A DNA stretch of 52,227 bases, from positions 1-52,227 of the forward strand of contig NW_021835128.1 of the NCBI RefSeq assembly GCF_006345805.1. The letters run 5' to 3'. Positions 52,166 through 52,227 of the stretch are shown here, one piece after another. Below the pieces are notes generated by a model, which had not been told where the DNA came from, made no database searches, and worked only from the letters and a program-made list of their open reading frames with translations. The stretch comes from Octopus sinensis. Its lineage: Eukaryota. The stretch's first letter is position 1. Each line of letters begins with the position of its first letter. The translations under genes and the position numbers were made by a program.

Positions 52166-52227
52166 AAACACACGCACACACACACACACACACACACATA
52201 CACAGAAACACACACACACATGTATAT

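Overview
Eukaryotic, AT-rich, non-coding-looking DNA made almost entirely of microsatellites and interspersed repeats. The repeat families look like those I recall from Octopus (coleoid cephalopod) genomes; this is inference, not a database result. I found no host protein-coding exon, rRNA, genuine tRNA or CRISPR array, and nearly all ORFs in the supplied track are translated microsatellites. Supported features: several tRNA-headed SINE families (my labels A-D), an unclassified ~550-bp (AAT)n-flanked repeat (E), a decayed CR1/L2-group LINE, a 5'-truncated L1/Tx1-clade LINE, three mariner-derived elements and a non-autonomous Helitron. Best lead: a short element (family H) that joins a tRNA-like Pol III head, an (AAT)n linker and a Penelope-type minimal type I hammerhead ribozyme. 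It occurs three times, always in inverted arrangements typical of Penelope-like elements (PLEs), and one inverted segment starts exactly at the predicted ribozyme cleavage site. Other leads: a 1.1-kb fold-back palindrome of G4-bearing ~350-bp tandem units nested in a SINE, a SINE 3' tail that matches the Tx1 LINE 3' end, an exact 75-bp locally templated duplication, and a 185-bp palindrome. Coordinates were read by eye; boundaries of decayed copies are approximate.
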